A stretch of 63,796 bases of DNA, the filler included, from Octopus bimaculoides (Eukaryota): NCBI RefSeq assembly GCF_001194135.2. It is 6 parts of 6 records of this genome, joined end to end, with 100 filler letters (N's around TTAATTAATTAA, not from the genome) between each part and the next. Parts side by side here need not be neighbours in the genome. Positions count along the whole stretch, not along the records: positions 36,900 to 43,866 come from NC_068996.1; positions 43,967 to 47,975 come from NC_068986.1; positions 48,076 to 62,317 come from NC_068983.1; 3 more parts are not named here. One strand, given 5' to 3'. Below, in pieces: positions 39,251 to 52,280 of this stretch. Position numbers and translations under genes: made by a program. The notes under the pieces are model-generated. The model had not been told where the DNA came from. It saw nothing but the letters and a program-made list of their open reading frames with translations, and ran no database searches. How positions within the stretch are numbered: position 1 is the first letter of the stretch; each line of letters opens with the position of its first letter.

Positions 39251-39987
39251 CGTACAATCGGTGTAACCTTTATCTATATATNNNNNNNNNNNNNNNNNNN
39301 NNNNNNNNNNNNNNNNNNNNNNNNNNNNNNNNNNNNNNNNNNNNNNNNNNNNNNNNNNNNNNNNNNNNNNNNNNNNNNNNNNNNNNNNNNNNNNNNNNNN
39401 NNNNNNNNNNNNNNNNNNNNNNNNNNNNNNNNNNNNNNNNNNNNNNNNNNNNNNNNNNNNNNNNNNNNNNNNNNNNNNNNNNNNNNNNNNNNNNNNNNNN
39501 NNNNNNNNNNNNNNNNNNNNNNNNNNNNNNNNNNNNNNNNNNNNNNNNNNNNNNNNNNNNNNNNNNNNNNNNNNNNNNNNNNNNNNNNNNNNNNNNNNNN
39601 NNNNNNNNNNNNNNNNNNNNNNNNNNNNNNNNNNNNNNNNNNNNNNNNNNNNNNNNNNNNNNNNNNNNNNNNNNNNNNNNNNNNNNNNNNNNNNNNNNNN
39701 NNNNNNNNNNNNNNNNNNNNNNNNNNNNNNNNNNNNNNNNNNNNNNNNNNNNNNNNNNNNNNNNNNNNNNNNNNNNNNNNNNNNNNNNNNNNNNNNNNNN
39801 NNNNNNNNNNNNNNNNNNNNNNNNNNNNNNNNNNNNNNNNNNNNNNNNNNNNNNNNNNNNNNNNNNNNNNNNNNNNNNNNNNNNNNNNNNNNNNNNNNNN
39901 NNNNNNNNNNNNNNNNNNNNNNNNNNNNNNNNNNNNNNNNNNNNNNNNNNNNNNNNNNNNNNNNNNNNNNNNNNNNNNNNNNNNNNN

Positions 39988-40040
<53 letters not shown>

Positions 40041-40051
40041 CATACATACAT

Positions 40052-40082
<31 letters not shown>

Positions 40083-40106
40083 TACACACACATACACACA
40101 CACATA

Positions 40107-40808
40107 GGCGCAGGCGTGGCTGTGTGGTAAAAAGTTTGCGTCCCAGCTACATAGTTTCTGGTTCAGTCCCACTGCGTGACACCTTCGGCAAGTGTCATCT
40201 ACTGTAGCCTCGGACCGTCCAAAGCCTTGTGAGTGGATTTGGTAGACGGAAACTGAAAGAAGCCCGTCGTATATATATTAACTGTTTATGACATATCCTT
40301 CGTAACGTATTCTTACATTCCTTTTTAATTATTTAATTTTGTCACTTATGTCTAGTATTTTGCTGAGGCTCGAATTACCGGTCTTTTCTCATAAATGCTA
40401 TGCATGACGTTGGAATTCAGAATTTGAATGTGTAGATAGAGGTTGACACATTGTTCTTGCCGGTCGGGATACATGTATGTGTGTCAATTTGTATCTATAG
40501 GAACATTCTCCTGATGAAAGAAATGGGACCGTTATATTGTTTTATATTCGTTATTTTACGATACGGTATATGATGTGCTTTAATAAGTTCCTAACCTCGA
40601 AATTGCAGTAGAGAATTAACCTTTTATTTTTAAATCGTGGATTTTATATGTTATATCGCTCGCAGACAGCTTTATTGTGAGGAGATTTAATATGAGTGAT
40701 TATAGTGGCTTTTTAGTGGTTTTTGATTGCTATTTCTAAACATGTAAGGATTTTTGCAATCCTCTCCGTCATAATTGTGATTTATTTATAATTATAAACA
40801 CTCTTCTG

Positions 40809-40862
<54 letters not shown>

Positions 40863-41060
40863 GTTTATGTGCTTGTATTTGTCCGCCACTATCGCTTGAC
40901 AACCTATGTTGGTATGCTTACGTCCCCATAACTTCGCGGTCGGCAAACATGACCGATAGAATAAGTACTAGGCTTCCAAAGAATAAATCGTGGGGTCGAT
41001 TAGTTCGACTAAAGGCGGTGCTCTCGTGTGACTACAGTAAAATGACTGAAACAGGTAAAA
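40107..41060 (+). mobile_element. SINE family C: head at 40107-40270 and tail at 40860-41060, separated by about 550 bp of unassigned sequence
   Basis: Family C motifs at both ends. Confidence 0.7.
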
Positions 41061-41082
41061 GAATATACATACAGATATATAA

Positions 41083-41123
<41 letters not shown>

Positions 41124-41144
41124 CATATATACATATATATCCAT

Positions 41145-41365
41145 ATATATGGGAGAATATACAAAAAATAACAACAGACGAGGACAGGTGGTGTAAATAA
41201 CAAAAGTATATATTAGTATGACGCTCGGGAATACGGAAAGTCTTTGACGTTTCGAGCTACGCTCTTCAACAGAAAGAATACGGAGACAAGGAGAAAAACA
41301 TATATCCATATATACTTCAGAAAGCTCCATGAAGATCGATGTTTCAGCAGGTATTGTTATATCAG
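41145..41365 (-). mobile_element. Penelope-like fragment with a hammerhead-like motif (A6U)
   Basis: Minus strand TCTTT-CTGTTGA-A-GAGC-GTA-GCTC-GAAAC-GTC-AAAGA (41241-41277). Downstream sequence is homologous to 4760-4850. Confidence 0.65.
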
Positions 41366-43110
41366 CGTATTTTTCTATCAAAATTACATATTTCAGTAAT
41401 TGACCAGTTAACGATATTGAAACTGTAAGTCACGACTGGTATGGCTAAAGTATTGATCGCTTTGATCCTGTTTCTTGCATTCAGCTCTGTCTTGCGTATT
41501 ACTCTTGCCCTACGATATAATTATTTTCTGATCTTTCCCTTTATCATTGAATGTTTGATTCCATCATCTTCAAATACTCCTAGGTATTTGTAACTCTCCA
41601 TTGGTTCTAACTCTTTTATGACATTCTGTTGTTAAAGATTACCATTGGATGTTTTTGTCATTTTTCCTTTGATAAAGGTAGCTTTTGCACAGTTATCGAG
41701 GCCAAATTGCATCCTGATGCCAGGACTGAATTGTTTGACAATTGCTAATAATCCCTATAGTTGTTGGTCATTTTTTGCAACGAGCTTTAAATCATCCATG
41801 TATAGAGATTATTTATATTTTAATCAAACATTTTATAGCTATATTGTACATCATCGAGTAATTTCAAGAGAGGTATTAAGGCTAGACAAAAGAGGATCGG
41901 TGATAGAGAGTCACCCTGGAAAATGCCACATGAAATTCTTACATCTCCCGCATTGAGAGATTCATTGTCACCGTTCAAAATCAGTGTTGTTTTCCATAAT
42001 CTCATACTTATAGATGAGATCTCGTACTTACAGACAAGAAGTTTCGCTGAGTAGGTGCTATTTTATACATTTCCAGACATTTCTTAATCCAGCTATGTGG
42101 TAGACTATCAAAAGCTTTTTTATAGTCTATCCAGGCTATTGACAAGTTTCTGTGTCATTTGTGACAATCTTTCAAGACCATTTTTTTGATGAGTAGCTGA
42201 TCTTTACAACCGAATGACTCACGTATACAGCCTTTTTGCTCATTAGGGAATATGCCACTTTTTATTACAAAACTATAGGTATATTCAATCAAGACAGATG
42301 TTAGTATTTTATACATTCTTCTTTATTTCATAAATTTTGCCATAAAGGCATTACATAGAGGGGACAAACAAAGACAAACAAACAAAGCAGGTTATGGGCC
42401 TATAATTTTTTTAGTTCATTTGTTTCTTCATTTTTTGGAAGTAGGAATGTTACACCATTAACTACCCAAGAGGGAATCATACTAGGTTGTTGTAAAACAT
42501 TGTTGTAAAGTTTTGTTTGCGGTTCATGACTTTCTGAGAAGGCATTCAACAAGAAGTTAGGAATTTTATCCTTTCCTGGAGACTTCCATTTGCTTGACTT
42601 CTCGAGAGCAGATCTTACATCCTCTACCTTGATACCCTCCCACTTTTGCTTTTCTACGGAGTCTAAGTATGTAGATATTCTATCAATCCAATCAATTTAT
42701 AGTGTTTTTTCTTCAGTGTTTTTTTTACTCAAAACTTCCTGCACCTCTTCTTTGGATGGGACCGACTTTACTGTAACTGATATTTTCCTATCTTCCTGTA
42801 AAACTTTTTGAGTTATTTTTGAACAAGTTGTTGTCCTAGAAAAATCTAACGCGCTTTTCATGCAGGCAGCTTTAGCACACACCCTTTACTTGATGGTTTC
42901 TATGGTGGTATCGATGTCAAGTATGATTTTCATATATTTCTTCTTTAATTTTCGAATTTTTGTTGGTTTGATACTCTTGTCAAATTCAAGGTTTTTCAAA
43001 CATTCTATGTCAGATCTAAGTAGCTTAATTTGGTGTTGAATACGCTCTAGCCAAGAAGGCTTTTTGTGGGAATGTTGTCGTTTTCTAATCTTTTCACCAC
43101 ATAGAATCGT
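41366..43110 (-). pseudogene. R4/Dong-type element (DongA): N-terminal region and RT domain; disrupted
   Basis: KPSWLERI; WKSPGKDKIPNF; NYRPITC; EQKGC; AWIDYKKAFDSLPHSWI; GIFQGDSLSPILF; YMDD at 41791-41802. Confidence 0.92.
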
Positions 43111-43132
43111 TATCATTATCATTACTATTGCA

Positions 43133-43214
<82 letters not shown>

Positions 43215-43612
43215 TTCTGAAAGACTCTCGGATAGTTCTTAATTCCTGGTTGTTCTTTACATGAAAGCAGAAAATAACAAATCACTAATGGTTTCAAGTA
43301 GTACCTTCTCCTGTGACTCAAAGAGACAATAATCTCCTTAGAATGTGAGCTGTACCCAACAATGCTGTCTTCTGGATCACTTCGAGCCTGGCATCAGCTC
43401 CAATATTCTTCATATGCTTTTCAGAGCCTTTGGAAACTGCTCCTAATGCTCCAATTACCACCAGTGTCACTATTACTGTCCTCATGCCCCATAACTTTCC
43501 TATCTCGTCCTGCAGTGGCTGGTATTTCTCAATCTTTTCTGTTTCCTTACATTCCAGCCTCGAATCGCCTGATATTGCAACATCTATCATCTTTGCTTCA
43601 TTTTCATCTTTA
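43215..43612 (-). pseudogene. 5'-truncated R4/Dong copy: RLE C-terminus and 3' UTR
   Basis: MIDVAISGDSRLECKETEKIEKYQPLQDEIGKLWGMRTVIVTLVVIGALGAVSK...IQKTALLGTAHILRRLL. Confidence 0.88.
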
Positions 43613-43654
43613 TGGATTATTATTATTATCATTATTATTATTATTATTATTATT

Positions 43655-43866
43655 TTATGTTTGACTTTTGTTTTGCATTTGTACAAGTTGGATCCAAGTC
43701 TCACCCAGAGACCTCAAGAGACAACAAGTTAGAAGTTCATGTAGGTGTTATGCCTAGGGTACCATATATTTGGATTTGTACAGTTTTGTTCAAGTGAATG
43801 TTTAAGAAACCATAAGAAAATTATGTGTTTGCTTTAAAATTTGAGATCACATGGACAGTATTTTAC
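43655..43866 (-). mobile_element. DongA 3' UTR, a different copy, ending in (TAA)n
   Basis: Similar to but not identical with 38326-38490. Confidence 0.8.
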
Positions 43867-43966
43867 NNNNNNNNNNNNNNNNNNNNNNNNNNNNNNNNNN
43901 NNNNNNNNNNTTAATTAATTAANNNNNNNNNNNNNNNNNNNNNNNNNNNNNNNNNNNNNNNNNNNN

Positions 43967-44670
43967 GACATCGAATGCTTACATTCACTTGATTACTGCT
44001 TCGTTTCCGGGTCGTAGCCGCAGCACCAGTTTCCGTCACCAGTGATGACTTTCGAAAAAAGGTCCGGATCAACTTCCAACTGTTTTTCCAGTTCATGACA
44101 TGCATTCAGTCATGACTGGTTTTGATCTTCCGTGAGAAAACTAGGGACTTATTTTGCAGCAACCCTTTTCATTCGCAGTTCCTCGCTCGAAATTTGTTGG
44201 GAGGAGCTCTAGGACACACCAGTCATATCAACACGTTCGTCAATTGTTCGGCAACGGGTCTCCAATATCGTTTCATGAATTTTTGTGATGTTATTATTCG
44301 TTCGGGATGTTGACGGTCGCCCTGAACGAAGATGGTCTTCAAGCGACAAGTGACCATTACTAAATCATGAAAACCACTCGTAAACTTGTGTATTTTGCTC
44401 ATGACAACGTCCTTGTAAAGTGTTTGAGGTATAACAGCTGTTTTGGCCGCCGTTTTCCCTGGCAGAAAACAGAATTTCACGGGAACACGCTGTTCCTTCG
44501 TTTCAAGCCATCACAAAAATCGCCAAACAGGGAGGAAGCACTGCAAAGTAAAGACGTACCACATGGCAGTACGGCTTTACCACGACGCCAGTCTGTCTGA
44601 GGGTCGCATCAAGTGGATTCTAGCGGCGGAAGCCTGAACTGCAATGGGCACATTCCACAGTGAACCTTTT
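43967..44670 (-). pseudogene. Mariner transposase remnant (HTH to first catalytic Asp), truncated by a gap
   Basis: EQRVPVKFCFL.GKTA..T; TQVYEWF; SLEDHLRSGRPSTSRT; KRVAAK.VP; FSKVITGDGNWCCGYDPETKQ. Confidence 0.88.
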
Positions 44671-47600
44671 ATATATATATATATATATATATATTGAAAA
44701 AAAAGTCGTCAGAATTTTGGAATAACTTCTTTCATTTATTTTATACATATATTAGCGCTTTCGTTCGTCTTTCGAACTTGTCAAATATAACTGTGAAAAT
44801 ACAGAGATCTAGGTTATTTATATAAAAACAGGTGTTTTGGGGGGTTTTGTTTATAACAGAACATTGTTTTGTTTTTGTTTTTTTTTGTTTTTTGGGGGGT
44901 GAGGCTTTGGAGACAATGGAAGATGTATAAGCAAGTAGATAGATAGATAGGCAGATAGAGAGATAGATNNNNNNNNNNCTTCTTTCATTTATTTTATACA
45001 TATATTAGCGCTTTCGTTCGTCTTTCGAACTTGTCAAATATAACTGTGAAAATACAGAGATCTAGGTTATTTATATAAAAACAGGTGTTTTGGGGGGTTT
45101 TGTTTATAACAGAACATTGTTTTGTTTTTGTTTTTTTTTGTTTTTTGGGGGGTGAGGCTTTGGAGACAATGGAAGATGTATAAGCAAGTAGATAGATAGA
45201 TAGGCAGATAGAGAGATAGATAGATAGGCTGATAGTCAGACAGATAGAGAGATGGATGTGGTAAAAGAGAGAGAGAATATTCGCTATTTTGTCTTCCTAC
45301 CTGTTAACCAGACATTCCGTTCGCACCGATGAAACAAACTAGTATCGATTTGACATTGGATTTCACTTGACGCGCTTTTTGGGTGTGTGAAAATTTATGA
45401 AAGTTTATACACCCATATTTATAGTTAAGCATTTATGAAAATTTATACAGCCATATTTATAGTTAAACAGCAAATAGGACATCGTGTTTTTCCTACATCA
45501 GCAAATGTTTGCTGTTTAAATAAAAGAACAGTTAATTCTTAGAGGGCTATGCATGATAGATTCGGTGTATGTAGCTAATGAAGCGTAACGACATAGAAAC
45601 GCATGCGAACAAAGTGTTATTAATGAAGAATTAGTAATCGGGGCAAAATACATCTTAAGCTCTCTGCAGATATAGGTACACCAGGCTAGCAAGAGATTTT
45701 ATGATTAGTATTTAACGCCTGATATTCCGAAGCCGACTTTGTACATCCATGGTTGCATAACCGAGTTAGTATGGTATGTTTTAATGTGTTGGGCTCGGAT
45801 AACGATAGCATTCCAACGGTCTTTCACTTAGTTTTCAATTAATCGTTTAATTATACATTTAGCCTCGCTGTAGTTTTTTAGTCTAATGTTCCCGTTCTTA
45901 AAATTCGTGCTCCTGTGTCATTGTTACAAACATTAATTAATGCGACGTGTCCCAAACAGTAGATTGATGAGCTACTTGACAGAATTTAGTTTAATCACAT
46001 TTACATTTCTCGTCAAATGCCATCAAAATGGACTTTGTAATTCTTCTTCCTTCCGGAGTCGATAAAATAAACAATCACTCAAGTAATGGAGTCCATCTAA
46101 TGGATCATACCCTCTACCCCAAATATGCCTTATTGTACATAGGTGAGGCAGAATCCTTAGAGCATCGAACAAAATGCTTTGCGCTATTGACATTAAATCC
46201 CATTGAAGTCAACTTCACATGTCGTCCTTTCGAGGTCAAAAGTATTTTCAAGTTCTGAAAACGATTTAATCGATAAACCCTTCCCCTTAAATTGGAGACC
46301 TTATATCTAATTTAGGCACAATTATTATAGTAGAGTGGTTGATTGGGATGCCCGTTAGAGCGTCGGATAAAATACCTTACACTATCTCTTTCGGCTCTTT
46401 GTATTCTGCATTCAAACCTCACCGGGGTTAACTTTAATTTTTATGTTTTTACAATTTAGCTGGTCTTTAATTTTTAGTCTCCAGTAAGTTGTTTGAGATA
46501 GATAAAAGCCGGGACCATTAAGTCCTGCGACCGAATAAGCGGTCCCTTAAACTTGCGGTATTAGAAAATATAATTTATATTTTCAAAATTGGTACAGATA
46601 AAATATCTTGCAGTATTTAGTTACAATGCTTTCGAATCCGACCGTGGTCAGTTGTGCTTTCCATTCTCCTATGGTCGATAATTTAAAACAAACAAAAAAC
46701 AGGAATATCTGTTATTCTAAATATATTAATGGCAACGATGATATTTGTATCAATTTTTTGTTTACATTTCGATTCTGTTGAATATTTTCATTTACACAGC
46801 TTTCACGCACGCAGTTTTCTTCATATATATGTTAAAACTATAAAAAGTTGTAACCAATTATATGCCCACTTACGTGTAGTTAATATCAAAGGAAATTGCT
46901 TATTGTTTGTATTTTACTGAGGAGACATTTCTAGACAAATCGTGTAATGCAGCATTTGTTGCATTCTGGCATGCAGTTTTCCAATGATGAAGAGGCTGAA
47001 AATAGTTGGGTGTGCAAATGAGCCAAATGCATGACAAAATGTGATTTGATTAAAGTATTTTTTTTTATCTAGTGTAGAACATAGCTAGAATTATGATAAT
47101 CATACTGCATAATAGCTAAGTTAACGTATGTAATAATAACATTAGTTGAAAATTCAGTAATAAAAACTGAAATATATTTAAACGCATAAGCTGCATCTAT
47201 AGAGCAAAAACATCAAAGTAAAATATTTTTATTATGGAGAATTTTTAACCCAAATCAAAGTAACATAATACACATATAATAATAAGTGATCATCGGAATA
47301 TCGTTGTGAAATGTAAGCCTCTGGTGAATAGATGAATTTGAGCATTCGAAGTATTACGACAATCTACTACTCTTTTATTCTCCTTTATTAGTTTAGAATA
47401 ACATTGACCTATTACATTCTACTAACTAAGAAATAATTGTACTTCTCAAACAACTTCCTGGAAACTCAAATTGAAAGACTAGATAAATTATGAAAATATA
47501 GTGTCAAACATTACTAGAGGACTGGATCACAAACATAGAAATTAAAATTTTATTTCTTACACAATACTTTAAATTTCTTCACTTCTGCTAAAGTTCACTC

Positions 47601-47797
47601 TGCGACCACGTCTTTCTAGTTTCGATCACATTCCATGCCAGCTCGGGCAAGTATCTGCTACAACCTCGGATTGAACAATATCTTGGGAATAGAATTTAAC
47701 AGACGTAGAGTATCGTAGTACACACACATACACACACAAACGCAGACACACACAAACGCAGACACACACAGACGCAGGCACACACGCACACACACGC

Positions 47798-47832
<35 letters not shown>

Positions 47833-48112
47833 CAATGTTAATTCTCTAAATGAAGTATTAACAGTAACTGCACGATAAAGTGTAGTATATTGCCACTTAA
47901 GTGTGGCTGACCCCTAGGGGTGGATGTTACTGTTGCTTTTAGCCCCAGGGGGACATCTCCTCCAGCTGGCTTATCNNNNNNNNNNNNNNNNNNNNNNNNN
48001 NNNNNNNNNNNNNNNNNNNTTAATTAATTAANNNNNNNNNNNNNNNNNNNNNNNNNNNNNNNNNNNNNNNNNNNNTGAAAGAACTGACCAGCTGTAAACA
48101 CATTTTTCTTTA

Positions 48113-48144
<32 letters not shown>

Positions 48145-49216
48145 AATACCAACACAAAAAAACTCTCTCTCTCTCTCTCTCTCTCACTTTCCCCCCATTA
48201 CTCACCCTCTTTTACTATCCTATATATCTCTCTCCACCCCTACACATTCAACAATACTAAAAAAAGAGACAAATCCTCTCAAGAAAACGTAAATCTTGAG
48301 AATCTACTATGGCAGTCATGTGTGAGAAGTTTAAAGTTGACAGCTATGAACAAATTCTCAGTGAGCCTTAAAGTATAAATTTTGTTGAATTCAGGCTGTT
48401 ATGATGACTGCCTGGACAACAAGAGATTGCGTTTGGGGTCAAATAACCAGAACTTTACTTCGTGCCATCGATGCTCCCTGGTACCGATGAAGGAAGCGGT
48501 TTTGTTGGAAGGTACCGAAATGGTTGTAGTTTCCAACTGACAGCTGATGAAGGGAAACTTCTACAGTGCAACCCGTATGTAAAATATAATACATATATGC
48601 AGGCGTGCTCATGCATGCACACACACTATCACATATTTTGGGGTTCATAAATTCTGCTTCGTGTTTGTCATAAGGACTGTCAAAGCTCTTCACTTTTTAG
48701 TTTATTGTTAAACATTTAGTATTTATTTTCGCGTGTGTTAAATCGGACAAGTTTATGTTGACTCCGATTGCACGCACGCACGCACACACACNNNNNNNNN
48801 NAATAAATATCACTCTTAGTGAACGAACTCTTTTCATAAAATTATTTTGCGTTTCGATTTCGTTTGATTCGCTAACACTGACATCTAATTTCCAATATAT
48901 GAGCCAATGAGAGAGTTTTTATATGATTGTTGGATCTGCAAAAATTTGCTGTGAAATCTCCTCCAACTCATGCCCCACTTTCTCCGGAAATAACACATTT
49001 AATAATGTCTTAGGTTTCTGCACATAGGAAAAAGTTGAGCTGTTCCATGCTTGGCTGCCCTCAAGTCGTAAGTACTTTCACTCAGGGTAATCTGTGCTTA
49101 AACAACAACAACAACCTCCAATGTAAATATGACTACACAATAAATCAATGTATTTGCTTCTTTTGCTGATGTGGATCCAACATTAGCAACTTGTGGTATA
49201 GGCTACATGCGTACTT

Positions 49217-49438
49217 ACTCTTTTACTCTTTTACATGTTTCAGTCATTTGACTGCGGCCATGCTGGAGCACCGCCTTTAGTCGAGAAAATCGACCCCAGG
49301 ACTTATTCTTTGTAAGCCTAGTACTTATTCTATCGGTCTCTTTTGCCGAACCGCTAAGTTACGGGGACGTAAACACACCAGCATCGGTTGTCAAGCGATG
49401 CTGGGAGGACAAACACAGACACACAAACATATACACGC

Positions 49439-49471
<33 letters not shown>

Positions 49472-49930
49472 NNNNNNNNNNNNNNNNNNNNNNNNNNNNN
49501 NNNNNNNNNNNNNNNNNNNNNNNNNNNNNNNNNNNNNNNNNNNNNNNNNNNNNNNNNNNNNNNNNNNNNNNNNNNNNNNNNNNNNNNNNNNNNNNNNNNN
49601 NNNNNNNNNNNNNNNNNNNNNNNNNNNNNNNNNNNNNNNNNNNNNNNNNNNNNNNNNNNNNNNNNNNNNNNNNNNNNNNNNNNNNNNNNNNNNNNNNNNN
49701 NNNNNNNNNNNNNNNNNNNNNNNNNNNNNNNNNNNNNNNNNNNNNNNNNNNNNNATATATATATATATACATATATACGACTGGCTTCTTTCAGTTTCCG
49801 TCTACCAAATCCACTCACAAGGCTTTGGTCGTCCCGAGGCTATAGTAGAAGACACTTGCCCAAGGTGCCACGCAGTGGGAATGAACCCGGAACCATGTGG
49901 TTGGTGGGCAAGCTACTTACCACACAGCCA
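49217..49930 (-). mobile_element. Full SINE family C, CpG-intact, with an N-gap inside its internal (TA)n
   Basis: Complete tail and head on either side of the gap. Confidence 0.9.
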
Positions 49931-50333
49931 ATTTTTGTAGAGCACTCGAGAAAACTAACTTTTTTACAAACGTTTTGAAGCATATTCATTAGGCTTAACT
50001 CTATTAATCTATTTCGCTTCATTTCCCTCCCTCTTTAACACACGTTGTTTCTCAATCAGATTATATACTGTAATAATATATACTACATTATGATGCGTGT
50101 TAATGTATTCCTTTCGTGGGACAACCTGGTTTATAATGAATAATATTTCAGAAAACTAGAAGAGGCCTACTTATGTTTGATTTTGATTATGTTGATAAGA
50201 GGGTTTCTTCTTATACTTTGAGTTTCCTATCTTTATACCGCGCTATTTTTCTTTGTTGTACTCTCATTCTCTACATATATATTGCTCGCTCCTTGCTCTC
50301 CATATGTTTTCTCTCTCTCTCACTCTCTCTCTC

Positions 50334-50385
<52 letters not shown>

Positions 50386-50575
50386 CCTCTCTCTCTTTCT
50401 CCTTCTCTATCTCTACTCCCCTCTTCCTCTCTGACTATTGATACTCCTTATTTCTGAATCTCTCATTCTCTCTTGCTCTCTTATTCTCTGCTTCATTCTT
50501 CCTCTCATATTCTTTCTACTATTCTCTCTTTCTTATTACCCATTTCTTTTCTTTTTCCTCTCTCTTTATATCTCC

Positions 50576-50620
<45 letters not shown>

Positions 50621-50761
50621 TCTCATTCTCCGTTTATACCTCTCCTCTGTTCTTCTTTCTATTGCTCAATGTTGTTCTTTTTCATTTCTAAATCTTTCAC
50701 TATTACATTGTCTCGCCCGCTCTCTGTCTTTCTATCGTTATATTTCTCTCTTTTTTTTCAC

Positions 50762-50867
<106 letters not shown>

Positions 50868-51949
50868 CTTTGTAGCTCTTGTTTATGCTATCTCATTTCT
50901 TTTTTCCTTCTCGTTTTATCTCTCCCTATCTACATAGCAAGGGTGAATTATGGAAAAAGAAACGAAATACAGATAAACCTACACACATATACCACCCACG
51001 TACGCAGGCACACAATAAGAGTGGGGAAGATAAGAAGCGAGAGGAGAGACAGAGGTGAAAATGTAAATGCAGACATCTAACTGATTGAGGTTAAACTGCT
51101 TTGTTCTGGAGAGTTCCAATATCACATATAATACTTCCTCGAGCAACTTGGCGTGTGTTAGTTACTCGATACAAAGAAAACCTAGAAAAAAAATACATAT
51201 AATAATAATAAACGAATCTGATTTACATCATATTAATTATGGCGATTGGTAGATGAAACTTCTGTTGTCGATGGAAACTTTGGTGAAAGAATATCATCAA
51301 ATACAAAGTAGTGAGTTCTTAGACTGCCTTTTTTTTTAAATATTCATAATTTATTTATTCTATAGTTCTGAATACTCGATGTTAGTAATCACCATGTTCT
51401 TGAAGATTTCTCTCCTTCGACTCTACTTTTTTTTTCTGATGTCTTGTTTTCATTTTCCCATATCCCTGTTGGTTTGATAGGTGTATAATAGAGTCTCATT
51501 TCGGCTGTCTCAGTCCTTGTTGGATGCTTTTAATAAAAATTGAATTCATGGATGTCATGCCGTGTCTATTGCATTTAGATCACGCATATCTAAATATTTA
51601 TTGCTCCTTTTCTCCGCAACTGTTTATCACTAACTTTGTCATGGACCTTACTTTGATCTACTTTTCAATTAGCCATTGATCAAATTTAACTACTTCACTG
51701 CACAATCTTCTTTAACTCTGTCCCGACTACTACTCAACTTCAATTACATTTACTTACTTCTCACTACAGGATGTGAAACGACTTATGGCAACCATTTATG
51801 AGATCAATTTATCACCAGCTGTGATAACTACCAACATTAATTATTACCAGTGAACTTTTTTTTACACTTTTGCACTTAATTGCAAAGGTTTAGCACTTCT
51901 TACATTACATTTAATTTTATCCCACTTTTACCTTAATTACAATAATTCG

Positions 51950-52280
51950 CAAACTTAAATAAGTTAATGTATCCTGGAGAGAAAAGAATCTTAAGTTTCG
52001 GGTAAAGCCCTTCGATACATATTGCTACTATAAACATTTCAGTTTCTCTACCGGAACGAGGCTTTTACTCGATACGTCAATACCTTCTTCAACCCGTGTC
52101 ATACTAATTTACCCGATGACGTAAACCACTACTATATTCCCTGGAGTTTAATTATGGCATCCTACCAAATCTCTACATTATTTTGACCAGACCTGGATTA
52201 ATCCTTAAATAATGTATGCACATGCTTTGGGTACAAGAGGTCTTCGCAAATTCTTTTCCACGGCCGGATTTGCCATGGTG
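51950..52280 (-). pseudogene. Decayed Tc1-like N-terminal remnant
   Basis: KPRSGR-like motif on the minus strand; many stops. Confidence 0.25.

Noticed and set aside
44726-45221. Exact 243-bp tandem duplication
   Set aside because: The copies directly flank a 10-N gap, indicating an unmerged contig overlap.
52240-52280. SGRGK-like histone H4/H2A start on the minus strand
   Set aside because: No continuation into a histone fold; it fits a decayed Tc1 N-terminus better.
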